From the NCBI GenBank assembly GCA_951406725.2, contig OX597818.1:48236001-48300000 (forward strand): 64,000 nt of DNA, given 5' to 3'. Each line of letters begins with the position of its first letter. Within the stretch, counting starts at the first letter, position 1. The position numbers and the translations under genes are program-made. The stretch is from Octopus vulgaris. Its lineage: Eukaryota. Below the pieces are notes generated by a model that worked only from the letters and a program-made list of their open reading frames with translations, was not told where the DNA came from and ran no database searches. Positions 51,136 through 63,408 of this stretch are shown piece after piece.

Positions 51136-51723
51136 TATTTCTTTATTACCCACAAGGGGCTAAACATAGAGGAGACAAACAAGGACAGACCAAGGGGTTA
51201 AGTCGACTACATCGACCCCAGTGCGTAACTGGTACTTAATTTATCGCCCCTAAAAAGGATGAAAGGCAAAGTCTACCTCGGCGGAATTTGAACACAGAAC
51301 GTAGCGACAGACGAAATACTACCCACAAGGGGCTAAACACAGAGGGGACAAACAAGGACAGACAAACGGATTAAGTCGATTATATCGACCCCAGTGCGGA
51401 ACTGGTACTTATTTAATCGACCCCGAAAGGATGTAAGGCAAAGTCGACCTCGGCGGAATTTGAACTCAGAACGTAGCGGCAGACGAAATACCTATTTCTT
51501 TACTACCCACAAGGGGCTAAACACAGAGAGGACAAACAAGGACAGACAAACGGATTAAGTCGATTATATCGACCCCAGTGCGGAACTGGTACTTATTTAA
51601 TCGACCCCGAAAGGATGTAAGGCAAAGTCGACCTCGGCGGAATTTGAACTCAGAACGTAGCGGCAGACGAAATACGGCTACGCATTTCGCCCGGCTTGCT
51701 AACGTTTCTGCCAGCTCGCCGCC
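51136..51723 (-). mobile_element. SINE family B tandem trimer
   Basis: Junctions at GACGAAATAC (~51318, ~51491); degenerate TSD GTGCGAGGAGGATACT / GTGAGAGGAGCATACT. Confidence 0.9.
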
Positions 51724-52534
51724 TCCTTGTGAGAGGAGCATACTGTTGTGGAACATGTGTGCTAGAAATGATTTCCAAGATTTCTATCGAGAAATTTCGG
51801 TTGCAGATGCATCTCACTCTGGCCAGTCAACAGAGATAAACTGCGACAGAATGAAGGAGTTTGTCGAAACTAACGTCTGTTATACGACCAGGATGTGACG
51901 GTCGATCCAAGACACTCATCATTCTCTGCCTCTGGCACATTGCTTCTCATGGGAGCGAACGTGACCGATACGAGATAGGAGGGTCCTGTGGCGTTAACTC
52001 CATGAAATAAAGCATATATTCTCCAAATATCCAAACCCAGAATTGAAAACCATTTGCATCAACTTGATCACATCAACAATCTTGATGTTTGGGTCCCATG
52101 TCAATCGAATGCGGCCAACTTCGCCCGACGGATTTCCATCTCCGATTCGTTGCAGAAACGTGAAGAAAACGATCCTTTTTTTTATGTGAATGATGACAGG
52201 TGACGAAAAATGGATTTGTGTACAACAATGTGAAACGCAGACGATCACGAGGGGAACGCGGTGAACCACCCCAAACAATCTTCAAAACAGGACGTCTCCC
52301 AAAGTAGATTATGCTTTCAATTTGGTAGGACTGGAAGGGTATTGTCTTTTACGAGCTTCTTCTCACGGATTGGGCCATCAATTCGGATGTGTACTATGAC
52401 CAGCTGGACAAATTAAAACGTAACGATCCACCAGAAGTATCCAGCACTTATTAATCATAAAGGCATTATCTTTCATCACAACAATGCCTGACCGTACACG
52501 TCTTTGTAGACATGGCAGAAGTTATTGGGGCCTG

Positions 52535-52891
52535 ACTCTTTCTCTTTTACTTGTTTCAGTCATTTGACAGCAGCCATGCTGGAGCACCGCCTTTAGTCGA
52601 GCAAATTGACCCCAGGACTTATTCTTTGGAAGCCTAGTACTTCGCTAAGTTACGGGGACGTAAACACACCAGCATCGGTTGTCAAGCGATGTTGGAGGGA
52701 CAAACACAGACACAAACATATACACACACATATATACGGCGGGCTTCTTTCAGTTTCCGTCTACCAAATCTACTCACAAGGCTTTGGTCGGCTTGAGGCT
52801 ATAGTAGAAGACACTTGCCCAAGTTGCCACGCAGTGGAAATGAGTGCAGAACCATGTGGTTGGTAAGCAAGCTACTAACTACACAGCCACT
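52535..52891 (-). mobile_element. SINE family A inside the mariner
   Basis: Family A match. Confidence 0.88.
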
Positions 52892-53127
52892 TCTGAGCTG
52901 AGTTTTGTCTCACCCTCCATATTCACCTGACCTTGCGCCTTCAGATTTCCACTTATTTCGGTCTTTTCAAAATTCATTGATTGGACAGACCTTCAACTCT
53001 AAAGAGGATGTAAAAATTCACCTGAAAGAATTTTTTCGCCAGTAAGGACAGGTAATTCTTTGAGGATGAAATAATGGATCTGCACACAAAATGGCAGATG
53101 ATGCTGGAAAGAAACTCATATTATTGA

Positions 53128-53523
53128 CTAGCAGTATCGCCCGGCGTTGCTCGGGTTTGTTTCGACCCTTTAGAATTGGAATTTTTGAAAAGTAAAAATT
53201 TTGCATCATGTAGCTTGTTATTCTCTTTAAGTGAACATTTTTATGGTTGAAATACACCGAAAAATGGCGACACAGCAGTAAAAAAAATCGTAAAAAATAG
53301 GGATATTCATAGAGAAAAAAAAGCACCTTTTTGATGTAAATAATTTTTGGTGTTAACATGGTCCGATTTGAATTTTATCTTCTAGGGAATGAAGAGCAGG
53401 CCTGCTTCTATCATACTCTCAATTTTGGTCAACTTACGCCACAGGGTCTCGGAGGAGATAGTGTTAGTTGAAGGCTACCAAACCTGCCATACACAGACAA
53501 CTTCAGCTTTATATATAAAGAGA
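53128..53523 (-). mobile_element. Helitron-like element inside the mariner
   Basis: Same CTAGCAGTATCGCCCGGCGTTGCTCGGG terminus as other copies, different interior. Confidence 0.8.
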
Positions 53524-54109
53524 TTGTGTTTAAAACTTGTCTTATTTTCGCTTAAAAAACTGAACTTTTTGGCCAACCCAATATTGACATGCTTAAATTG
53601 CCGATCCTTGGGGAATTGGATTGACAGAATCAATAGATAATCCGATAAAATACTTTGCGGTGTTTGTTCTGGTTTTTTATATTCTTATTGCAAATCCTGC
53701 GATGTCAACTTTGCCGTTAACTCCATAAAATAAAGTACTAGCCAAGTACTGTAATCGATTTTATTGATTGCCAGCATGCAATGATGAGCAAGGTCGCCAA
53801 AAGAAATTTGGTAAACCAAAACAAGGCTGATTTGGGGTCCCGGGGTGTGGATGCTTTCAAAATTTGAGGGGACTATGATATTTAGTCATAGTCCTCTCCT
53901 AGGTTCTCTAAACCCAAAACTGATGTAAATACAGAATCTTTCTCTTATAGACCCTGGTGAGTAGCAGAGTACATAGGGGCCCAAATCACCGCCAAGTAAA
54001 GTGGTTCAATGGTTGGAGCACACTGCCATCGCATCAGTATTAAAGCACTTGATTACTGCAACTCAGTACACACATGTGCACATTCTAATAGTCACACGCA
54101 CTTTGTATG

Positions 54110-54437
54110 TCTCTCTCTCCCTCCCCTCCTCTCTCTCTCTCTCCCTCCCCTCCTCTCTCTCTCTCTCCCTCCCTCCTCTCTCTCTATCCCTCCCTCCTCT
54201 CTCTCTCTCTATCCCTACCCTCCTCCCTCTATCTCCCTCCCCTTCTCCCCCCCTCGTATCTCTCCCTTCTCCCCCTCTCACTGTCTGTCTGTCTCTCTCT
54301 CTCCCTCCCTTCTTCCCCTCCTCTCTCTCCTCCCTCCTTCTTTCCCCCTCCTCTCTCTATCCCTCCCATCTTTCCTTCTCTCTCCCTTCTCCCCCGTGTA
54401 ACTCTGTCTCTCTCTGTCAGTCTCTCTCTCTCTCTCT
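54110..54437. repeat. CT-rich low-complexity tract
   Basis: Direct inspection. Confidence 0.9.
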
Positions 54438-54822
54438 AAAAGCGAACCTTTCTTTAAAAAAAGTATAACGCAACAGAAATCCAATATCAACGACGAACGT
54501 CATCAAATAAATGCTTTAAAGAAACAAGTGATTAGGTTTCAAATATGAGCATTAATAGCTCTGTTTTGTTTAACGTAAAATATGAAATTGAATAAAATTT
54601 ATTTAGCAAACCTAATATTGTTTGAATCAATAAAATAACTCCACCAAACTTTCTGGTGGGGGCTATGAAACAAGAAATATAACATTAACTTTCAAAAAGA
54701 ATCCGTAGCCAAGCGAGTCTTAAACTAATAAATTTTGAGGACACTAAGCATTTATTAGAGCCCTGATTTTTTTCCCACACGTTAAAAGTAGCTACAATAA
54801 ATGCTTATATAGAAAAACTAAA

Positions 54823-55047
54823 GGATCTTTTCACTTTGACCGGCAGATTTTTTTAAATAATTTCTATGTAACTAAAAAGTTTTAAACTTCGTTAAACAAC
54901 AAATATGTTACAAACTACAGAATTTTCTCAAGAAAGCCAAGAGAAAAAGATGTTTTATAAACACATTCTACCAGTATATGAAGTCTAAAAATTTTTTAGT
55001 TGCATAGAAATTATTTTAAAAATCTGCCAGTCAAAGTGAAAAGGTCC
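54823..55047. mobile_element. Relative of the 6509-6938 transposon built from two left-type ends
   Basis: GGATCTTTTCACTTTGACCGGCAG / CTGCCAGTCAAAGTGAAAAGGTCC; 8-bp TSD AAACTAAA. Confidence 0.85.
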
Positions 55048-55337
55048 AAACTAAATGATTATAATGTAATTAATCAATTATCACAAAATATGTTTCAAAT
55101 AAATCGCATATTACTTTCTTTCACGTAACGATATTTTCATTAAAAAAAAGAAAGTCAAACTAAAATATGATTATTCTTAGTGCAAAAACAAAAATCAAAG
55201 CTTGTATTAGTATGAAAACCATTAATCATTTCTCTATCTGTTCTATCGTCCAGCTAAAATATAATTTCTAAAATGGGAATGAAATCTGAAATTTTAAGAG
55301 GAGGGGGTTATTCGATTAAATCGACATCACTACTTGA

Positions 55338-55730
55338 CTGGTATCTATTTTATCGGCCCCGATGGGATAAATGATAAAATTAGCCTCTGTAAGATTTGAA
55401 CGCAGAATGTCGAGCTACAGAACATATATCATAGATAGCGACACTCTAACGATTCAACCAATTCACCTGGTATCTATTTTATCGGCCCCGATGGGATAAA
55501 TGATAAAATTAGCCTCTGTAAGATTTGAACGCGGAATGTCAAGCTACAGAACATATATCATAGATAGCAACACTCTAACGATTCAACCAAACCACCTGGT
55601 ATCTATTTTAACGGCCCCGATGGGATAAATGATAAAATTAGCCTCTGTAAGATTTGAACGCGGAATGTCGAGCTACAGAACATATAAATCATAGATAGCG
55701 ACACTCTAACGATTCAACCAATCCACCACC
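55338..55730. repeat. 3 x 129-bp tandem repeat derived from an old SINE B
   Basis: Units start CTGGTATCTATTTTA at 55338, 55467, 55596. Confidence 0.9.
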
Positions 55731-55739
55731 ACCCCCGAT

Positions 55740-56236
55740 AAAGTTCTCGCGATGAGATAACTTTCATATTGTAGTCGATTACTTCATTCGCTTTTGAGAT
55801 GAGTCAATCATTACGCACGGAAATAAAATGATGTCAGGACTTAGTTCTGTTTACACCGGCATGTGACTTACTTTACGATGGCTCCATTTGTACGGTAAAA
55901 AAAAAATAATTTTTATGATTTGTTTTATAATTCTTTAATATCTTTCTCATTACCATTACAGTAGATTCGTAATTACTTTTCGTGATCGCTAACATACTTG
56001 TATATTGTAATAGTGTTGTAGCTATGCCATACAACTTTGTTTTGGCGAACGAAAGTCTTGCAGGTCATTTTGGTCTCTCTTGCTTCTACGTCAGACGATC
56101 TCGGAAGTAAATACAACTTTTTTTTCCTCTCTTTTTATCTTATTTTTCCCCAAATATTCTTGCATTAATGCCAGTCAGAGAACTCTTTTAACTATTATCT
56201 CTACTAAAAACGGTTCATTAATAACTATAGGTAAGT
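55740..56236 (+). promoter_or_regulatory. Candidate promoter and non-coding first exon ending at a donor (56230|56231)
   Basis: Repeat-free, CpG-retaining; TCTCGCGA 55745, TACGTCA 56087, CGGAAGT 56102; AG|GTAAGT; CpG depletion downstream. Confidence 0.5.
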
Positions 56237-57029
56237 CTTCGAGACTCATTTCTCTAATTTCAAAAAAACCATACCATTCTATACGATCGCGAAAAACTTA
56301 GAAAAGTTTTGGTGTCAACATTGTCTTCTTGTGTGAAAAGGGGAGTGAGTGTAGAATTCGAATACGTGGGTACATTTTTCTGCTGAGAACTTACGATCAT
56401 TTTGCGACGGAGATGTCCTAATATCGGTTGATTCAATAAATTAGAGCACTGGATTTTGTATAACTTAAATTCTATAATGTGGCACCAGAGAAGCAACAGG
56501 GGAACTTCTACGTGGTCACACATCCTGCTAGAAATAGCACCGATTTTTCCGTTTGTACGTACACTACTGTCTTAAAACCTATGACAGTTTACGCTTGATT
56601 ACGTGTTAGATTAATTGTACAGAAAGGAAAAAGACGGATTGCTTTAACTGGACTGTTCATCACAACCCTGCTCAATTAAGGTCCCTTTAAAACTTAACAA
56701 CAATGAAGCATCTCTCAATGCTACTGTATACAAATAGATACGTACGCACACACACACACTGCCTCTCTCGTATTCACACACGCACACAAACTCGGTTTGT
56801 TAATAAAATATTCTAGTCGCTTAGTTATAGAAATGAATGATTTGTAAATAGAATAAACAAATTGATGGCCATCGCATATCGTACTTATCAAAAAGAAAAC
56901 AGCTGCCTAATATTCTATTTGTTTGCAAAAGAGCTAACGATGCTTTTACACACACGCGCACACACACACACTACATATACACATATAATTGACAAATATA
57001 CGTATGACGTTAAATGATTATATATATAT

Positions 57030-57062
<33 letters not shown>

Positions 57063-57260
57063 CTTTTTTACTTGATTCAGTCATTTGACTGCGGCCATGC
57101 TGGAGCACCTCCTTTAGTCGAGCAAATCGACCCCAGAACTTATTCTTTGGAAGCCTAGTACTTATTCTATCGGTCTCTGTTGCCGAACCGCTAAACACAC
57201 CACCATCGGTTGTGGGGGGACAAGCATAAACACACACACACACACTCATACATACATACA

Positions 57261-57293
<33 letters not shown>

Positions 57294-57681
57294 TTAATTA
57301 CGGAGATGTACTTGCATAGCAAGTTACCTGATCTGAGATCGTGGGCTGGAACGAAAACAACTGCAGCGTGGAAGGTGTTTATTAGCCATTTAATAAACAC
57401 AAAAACCGTTAGATTCACTTCAACATTTAAATTTAATTTGTCAAAATATTTTCGTCGCTTTGACCTGTTCACTGACAAAATTCCATGCTGCATCTATATA
57501 TATATATATATACATACACAACGGGCTTCTTTCAGTTTCTGTCTACCAAATCCACTTACAAGGCTTTGGTTGGCCCGAGGCTATAGTAGAAGACACTTGC
57601 CCAAGGTGCCACGCAGTGGGAATGAACCCAGAACCATGTGATTGGTAAGCAAGCTACTTACCACACAGCTACTCTTGCGCC
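57063..57681 (-). mobile_element. SINE family A interrupted by a ~200-bp hammerhead-bearing insert (~57297-57495)
   Basis: Family A halves flank foreign sequence within the internal microsatellite. Confidence 0.8.
57437..57479 (-). ncRNA. Type I hammerhead-like motif, G3-C8 variant
   Basis: Minus strand: TTTGTCA GTGAACA gGTC-aaagc-GAC GAAA ATAT TT TGACAAA; 7-bp helix I. Confidence 0.6.
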
Positions 57682-57697
57682 TATATATATATATATA

Positions 57698-57998
57698 TCA
57701 TTGTGACCGACCAGGCTATCAGATGTTGCTACACATCGCTGGTCACAATGCGCTTCGCATTGTTTTAACCTTCAAATGACACCACCCCACTGGCTAAGCA
57801 AGCAGGCTAACAGAAGAAAGCGTGAGAGAAAGTTGTGGCAAAAGAGTACAGCAGGGATCACCACCACCCCCTGCCAGAGCCTCATGGAGCTTTAGGTGTT
57901 TTCACTCAATAAACACTCACAACACCCGGTCTGGGAATCGAAACCGCGATCCTACAACCGTGAGTCCACTGCCCTAACCACTGGGCCATTGCGCCTCC
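57698..57998 (-). mobile_element. SINE family C, tail type 2, CpG-eroded
   Basis: Matches 31741/32793 copies with many CG>CA/TG changes. Confidence 0.88.
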
Positions 57999-58323
57999 GC
58001 GTATATATATATATATATATATATATACATACACATATATACACAGAGAGAGAGATTTGGAGGATGTGTTAACCTTGTAAAGGGATGATTACATCCAAGG
58101 GAATACTGGTTCTATATATATATCATCATCATAATCCATGCATATATATATGTATGTGTGTGTATATATATATATATATAATTTAATGTCATATGTGTAT
58201 TTGTGAATTATACTTGTATGTAGTATGTTTACATGTGTGTGTGTGTGTGTATATATATTGTGATCGCGTGTGTATCATTGGCGATTTTCTTTCTCCTTCT
58301 TCCCTTCTTTGAACTTTTTCTAT

Positions 58324-58358
58324 ATTTCTGACAAAGAGCTCCGCTCAAAATGTGAAAT
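58324..58358 (+). other. Eroded Penelope-type hammerhead-like motif
   Basis: ATTT CTGACAAA GAGC-tcc-GCTC AAAA TGT GAAAT; departures from CTGACGA...GAAACG fit CpG decay. Confidence 0.35.
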
Positions 58359-59310
58359 CCTCCTACTTTCTTTCTTTTCCTGAGTGCCCAATAACACTGT
58401 ACTTATTCCATGTCCTTGAGTTGTGTTTTCTCTTTGTTCATGTTTGGATTAACTAATATATATATATGTATGATGTGTCTGAGTATGTTATATGGATTGA
58501 GAGGTTTAACTGTACAGTAGACATGTACAGATCGGCCAAAAGATAAAATATATATGTATGAATGCTATTGTGTATATATCAGTATGTTTTGAGCTTTCCC
58601 TATCCAAAGAATTACCTCCACTTCACTTCAGCTCTATTTCACCTTCATCTAACATGAGCACTCAAGTGATTGGGGAGAAACAGTGCTTGATGCATTTGAT
58701 GACATTCTCTGCACAAGATCTTTACTGGTTTTTCACCAATGGTGTTGTGTCCAGCTTTCTCTTATCTTCTGTCTTTTGTGTTCCTTGTCATTTCTGTACT
58801 TGCTCAAAGAATTTAAAGATTAGAGATTTCTTCATTACTGTGTATACTTCATGATAATCTCAGATCCTTGGAGAGTGAGCTTTACTATCTTCCCACATCT
58901 CTATGTCTGTAAGATATGGACATCCTTTTAGGTAATTAGGAGCAAAAGTAAACAATCATCTTTGTTCTTGGACAAGTGGAAGTAGCACACATCATGTTGA
59001 TCGTCATTCACTGTTCAAAGAATGAACAGTGAATGACTGTCAAAGGCCACACACACACACACACATGTATATGAAATGTGTGTATATGTATGTATGTGTT
59101 GATGCGTTACCTCTTTCAGCTGAGAGGTCTTTGTCTTGCAAGCTGCTAGGTAATCCTACTTGTGCCACATAAAAAGCACCCAGCACACTCTGTAAAGTGG
59201 TTGACCGTAAGAAGAGCATTCAGCCATAGAAACCATGCCAAATGTAGTCAGGTGTAGCTCTCTGTTTTGCCAGCTCTTGTCAAACCATCCAGTCCATGCC
59301 AGCATGGAAT

Positions 59311-59715
59311 GATGATGATGATCATCATCCTAGTCAGGTGCTGCACTATGCGATGCTGTGGTCATCACGATGTCTTGCCACCTTCTCCTGTCCTCTACCC
59401 CATGGACAGCTGAGAATAAAGACAATCCTGTGGCTGCGATGTCTTTCAGCCAAGAAGTGGGTGCTCTGCCTCTTTTACGTCTGCCGTTCACCTTGCCAAT
59501 TATGATCGTTTGCTCAAGTCCATCCCGGCGCATGACATGGCCAAAGAACTCTAGCTTCCACTTTGTGATGTTTCGCCGAAGCATCATCTCGCAACCAAGC
59601 TTTTCTAGTACACAGTTGTTCGTCCTTCTCTCCGTCCACGTGAGCACTTTTGAAATGTGGTGTTACCGCAGAATCCTTAGTGTCGTGGACAGAGAGAAGG
59701 ACAAACAATTGAGTA
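59311..59715 (-). mobile_element. RTE (BovB-like) LINE 3' fragment with inverted 5' segment
   Basis: Minus: WTERRTN...KLEFFGHVMRRDGLEQTIIIGKVNGRRKRGRAPTSW; plus 59645-59711: FEMWCYRRIL; TSD CAGCATGGAAT (59300-59310, 59716-59726). Confidence 0.85.
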
Positions 59716-60000
59716 CAGCATGGAATACAAATGTTAAATGATGATGATATATACCATTTTTAACAGTGAACCTCAAAGTAGATAAATTTATAAATAATAC
59801 CTCAAATATTTGGTTAAAAAAGCCCCAGATGAAAAGAGTTAAAGGTTGCCTATTGGACCTTTTTTTCCAAGGGTTTTTAACCTAATATTTATATATTAGT
59901 TATAGCTTTATCTACTTCAAATTCCACTGGTGAATATGATTCTTTTCCTGTCTCCTGAAATTTCTAAATTCTTATGGCAATAAACATTATATAACAGTTA

Positions 60001-60375
60001 GGCGTGGCTGTGTAGTAAGAAGCTTGCTTCCCAATCACATGGTTCTGAGTTCAGTCCCACTGTGTGGCACCTTGGGCAAGTGTCTTCTACTATAGCCTCG
60101 GGCCGACCAAAGCCTTGTGAGTGGATTTGGTAGGCGGAAACTGAAAGAAGCCCATCGTGTGTGTGTACATATTTGTGTCTGTTTGTCCCCCCGCCATTGC
60201 TTCACTACTATTGTTGGTGTGTTTATGTCCCCATAACCTAGCAGTTTGGCAAAAGTTACCAATAGAATAAGTACTAGGCTTACAAAGAATAAGTCCTGGG
60301 GTCGAGTTGTTCAACTAAAGACATTGCTCCAGCATGGCTGCAGTCAAATGACTGAAACAAGTAAAAGTATAAAAG
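60001..60375 (+). mobile_element. SINE family A
   Basis: Family A match, CpG-eroded. Confidence 0.88.
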
Positions 60376-60756
60376 TGTGTGTGTGTGTGTGTGTGTGTAT
60401 ATTATCATTGTTTTAATGTCTACTTTTCCATGTTTACATGAGTCTGACAAAAGTGCGTTGGGTAAGATTTTTTTTTATGGCTGGATGCCCTTCCAGTTGC
60501 TAACCATACTTATTTTTAAGTGTGGTAATAATTATCTCCCACTGGTTGGACAACAGACAACTTTGGCTTGATTTATTTATTTTTTTTCATAAAGAACCAA
60601 TTGAGTGAGGTTTTTTGTTTACACAGATTATGCAATGTGTCAATACGCCCAGATATGACTGTTTTTAGTGGATTTCAAGCAGACATCATCAGGAAGCAAT
60701 TGTTTACAAAACAATGAATACAAAGGAAATATAAAGCTATTCCCATACACACCTAC

Positions 60757-60797
<41 letters not shown>

Positions 60798-60859
60798 TTA
60801 CAGAAACACATACAGAAACACACACATGTAAAGAAACACACACACACACATGTAAAGAA

Positions 60860-61148
60860 ACGCACACACACACATACAGAAACACACACACACACGTGTA
60901 AAGAAATACACACACACATACACGTAAAGAAACACACTCACACATACACGTAAAGAAACACACTCACACATACACGTAAAGAAACACACTCACACATACA
61001 CGTAAAGAAACACACTCACACATACACGTAAAGAAACACACTCACACATACACGTAAAGAAACACACTCACACATACACGTAAAGAAACACACTCACACA
61101 TACACATAAAGAAACGCACTCACACATACACGTAAAGAAGCGCACACA
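60860..61148. repeat. 26-bp minisatellite CACGTAAAGAAACACACTCACACATA
   Basis: About 9 tandem units growing out of (CA)n. Confidence 0.92.
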
Positions 61149-61254
61149 TCATTATGAAAGTATCTACATTCTAGATTGTGTCTTTGATATGCTTCTGTAG
61201 AGAAAATAGATGACAGAATCTGCATTTGGCAGTTGTATCAAAAGAAAGTTAGAT

Positions 61255-61460
61255 CATCATCATCATCTGCTTTCCTTGCTGGCATGGGTTGGACGATTTG
61301 ACTGGGGTCTGGCAAGCCAGAAGGCTGCACCAGGCTCCAATCTGATCTGGCAAGGTTTCTACAGCCGGATTGCCCTTACTAACTCCAACCACTCTGAGAA
61401 TGTAGTGGGTGCTCTTTACATGCCACTGGCACCGAAACCAGTCAGGCGGTCTTGGCATTG
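61255..61460 (-). mobile_element. 3' part of a (GAT)n-tailed retroposon (also ~59165-59750 + and ~60403-60515 -)
   Basis: Shared CCATGCCAGCA(T/A)GGAA...GATGATGAT tail and AAGGGCATCCAGCC-like segment. Confidence 0.65.
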
Positions 61461-63182
61461 ACCACCACTTATGAATGTAAATGATCCCTAGATAGAGAGA
61501 AATATTGGAAAAGAGGGCAAGAGATGACTGAAAAACTAAAAAGACAGCAATTTCTACTGTAGAATGTCTTATATAATTTTTTGTTTATTCTATGTCAGAC
61601 CAAACTTTTCCCAACAGATAGGCCTCTTGATCAGGACAGATTTGTGCAATTTTTCACAAAATACTTCGTTGAGAATTTTTTTCCTTTTTAAATTATTTAC
61701 ATCTCTGTTTGACCATGACTTTATTCATTAAACCTTATTAAAACTCCAGAAGTTCTTACAACTTTGGTTGTCGTAATGCTTGGCCTTCGTTTGTTTAATA
61801 AAAATTCCTCCTTGTAATGATTTTGCTTTCATTTTGTGATAGACAGCTATCATGCAGAAAATGCCAGCTTTCAAATCCTGTTTTCTGATTAGGTAAAATT
61901 GATTAAAATTTAAACCTCAGTAACACTTTTCTTTAATTTTTCTGGAACAAATAACAAAATCAGATTTAATGTGGAAAATTATTTCAACATACCAAATTTG
62001 ATAATTTTGACATAATTTTAAAATTTCACAGTATGTGACAGCAATAGGGAAGACTGTACAAAAGTAGACACAGTTATAGGACATCATACACACACACACA
62101 AATGTACGTGCAGGTAATCATGAGTTTAAAATGGTGTATAGTAGACATATGTATGTGTGTGTGTGTGTCTAAGTGTTTCTTTGTGATGAACAGCAGAAAA
62201 GCCACCTACCCCCTCTCTCCTTAAAGCTACGTATTCCACACACCCACTTTTCTTTCCCTTCCTTGGCGTTTTAAAATTTACTTATGACAGCTGTATTAAC
62301 ATTTCATCCCACTGCCACTCCATATTTATCGCTTACACATCTCCCCTTCCCTGATATCAGTCACCCTAACTATGCCACCACATTTCCCTCATAGTAACAC
62401 TCTTTGCACTCTTCTCATTTTATATAATAGCCCAACATCCCCAAGAGAGTCCATTATAGATTTTTATTGAAATCCAATTTGCCTATAATTGAACTGGATG
62501 TTAGTTTAATATGTATGCAAAGTTTCATCAAGATTGGTTCACTGGTGTAAGCAGCAATGTCTCATATCTATATATTGACCAACCATAAGGGCTAATATTG
62601 GTAAAATGAGACATACTTATCTACATGGCCAAAACAGCTGTAAGATGTAATCTATACTTATATTTATATTCTCTTTTATATATATTCTACTTATTATACA
62701 ACTTTACTCTTTTATGTACATTCCTTTATGTACACTGATTTGTTCTGCTTTTTATATTTAACCCTAGTCTCTTATGTGGTGGTTTAATAAAGTATGTGAT
62801 TGAGTATTATCTGGAAATTGATATTTGATTTAGATGTATTTCTCCATTTTCTTATCTTGTATGTATATATATATATATATATATATGACATGATTTTCAA
62901 CATAGTTGAACAACCAGTCAGGATTCACAGTGCAGGTTGTATTATGCATTCTTTTGATTGCTGAATACAAAATGTGGCTCACGAGACCTCCATTCAGGTG
63001 ATTTTTCTCACTCACTATCTCACCCATGTATGCCAATTTGTCACAAGGTTACCCATTTATAGCTGAATGGAGTGGAGCAACATGAAATGAAGTGTTTTGC
63101 TCAAGAACACAATGGAAAACTGAAGTGGAGATATTGAGAGCAAAACCCGAACCACCAGGCAAAAATAAAAATGTGTGTATAG

Positions 63183-63350
63183 ACACAGGAGTGGCTGTGT
63201 GGTAAGTAGCTTGCTTACCAACCACATGATTCCAGGTTCAGTCCCACTGCATGGTGCCTTGGGCAAGTGTCTTATGCTATAACCTTGAGTCGACCAAAAC
63301 CTTGAGTGGATTTGGTAGACAAATTGAAAGAAGCCTATCATATATATATA

Positions 63351-63408
<58 letters not shown>

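Larger units (their letters stand above)
50836..53581 (+). mobile_element. Mariner element (decayed transposase) with four nested insertions
   Basis: TIRs TTGGGTTGGTCAAAAAGTCAG / CTGAACTTTTTGGCCAACCCAA-TA; MENQNKY N-terminus, MTGDEKW, HHNNA, HPPYSPDLAPSDFHLFRS. Confidence 0.9.
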
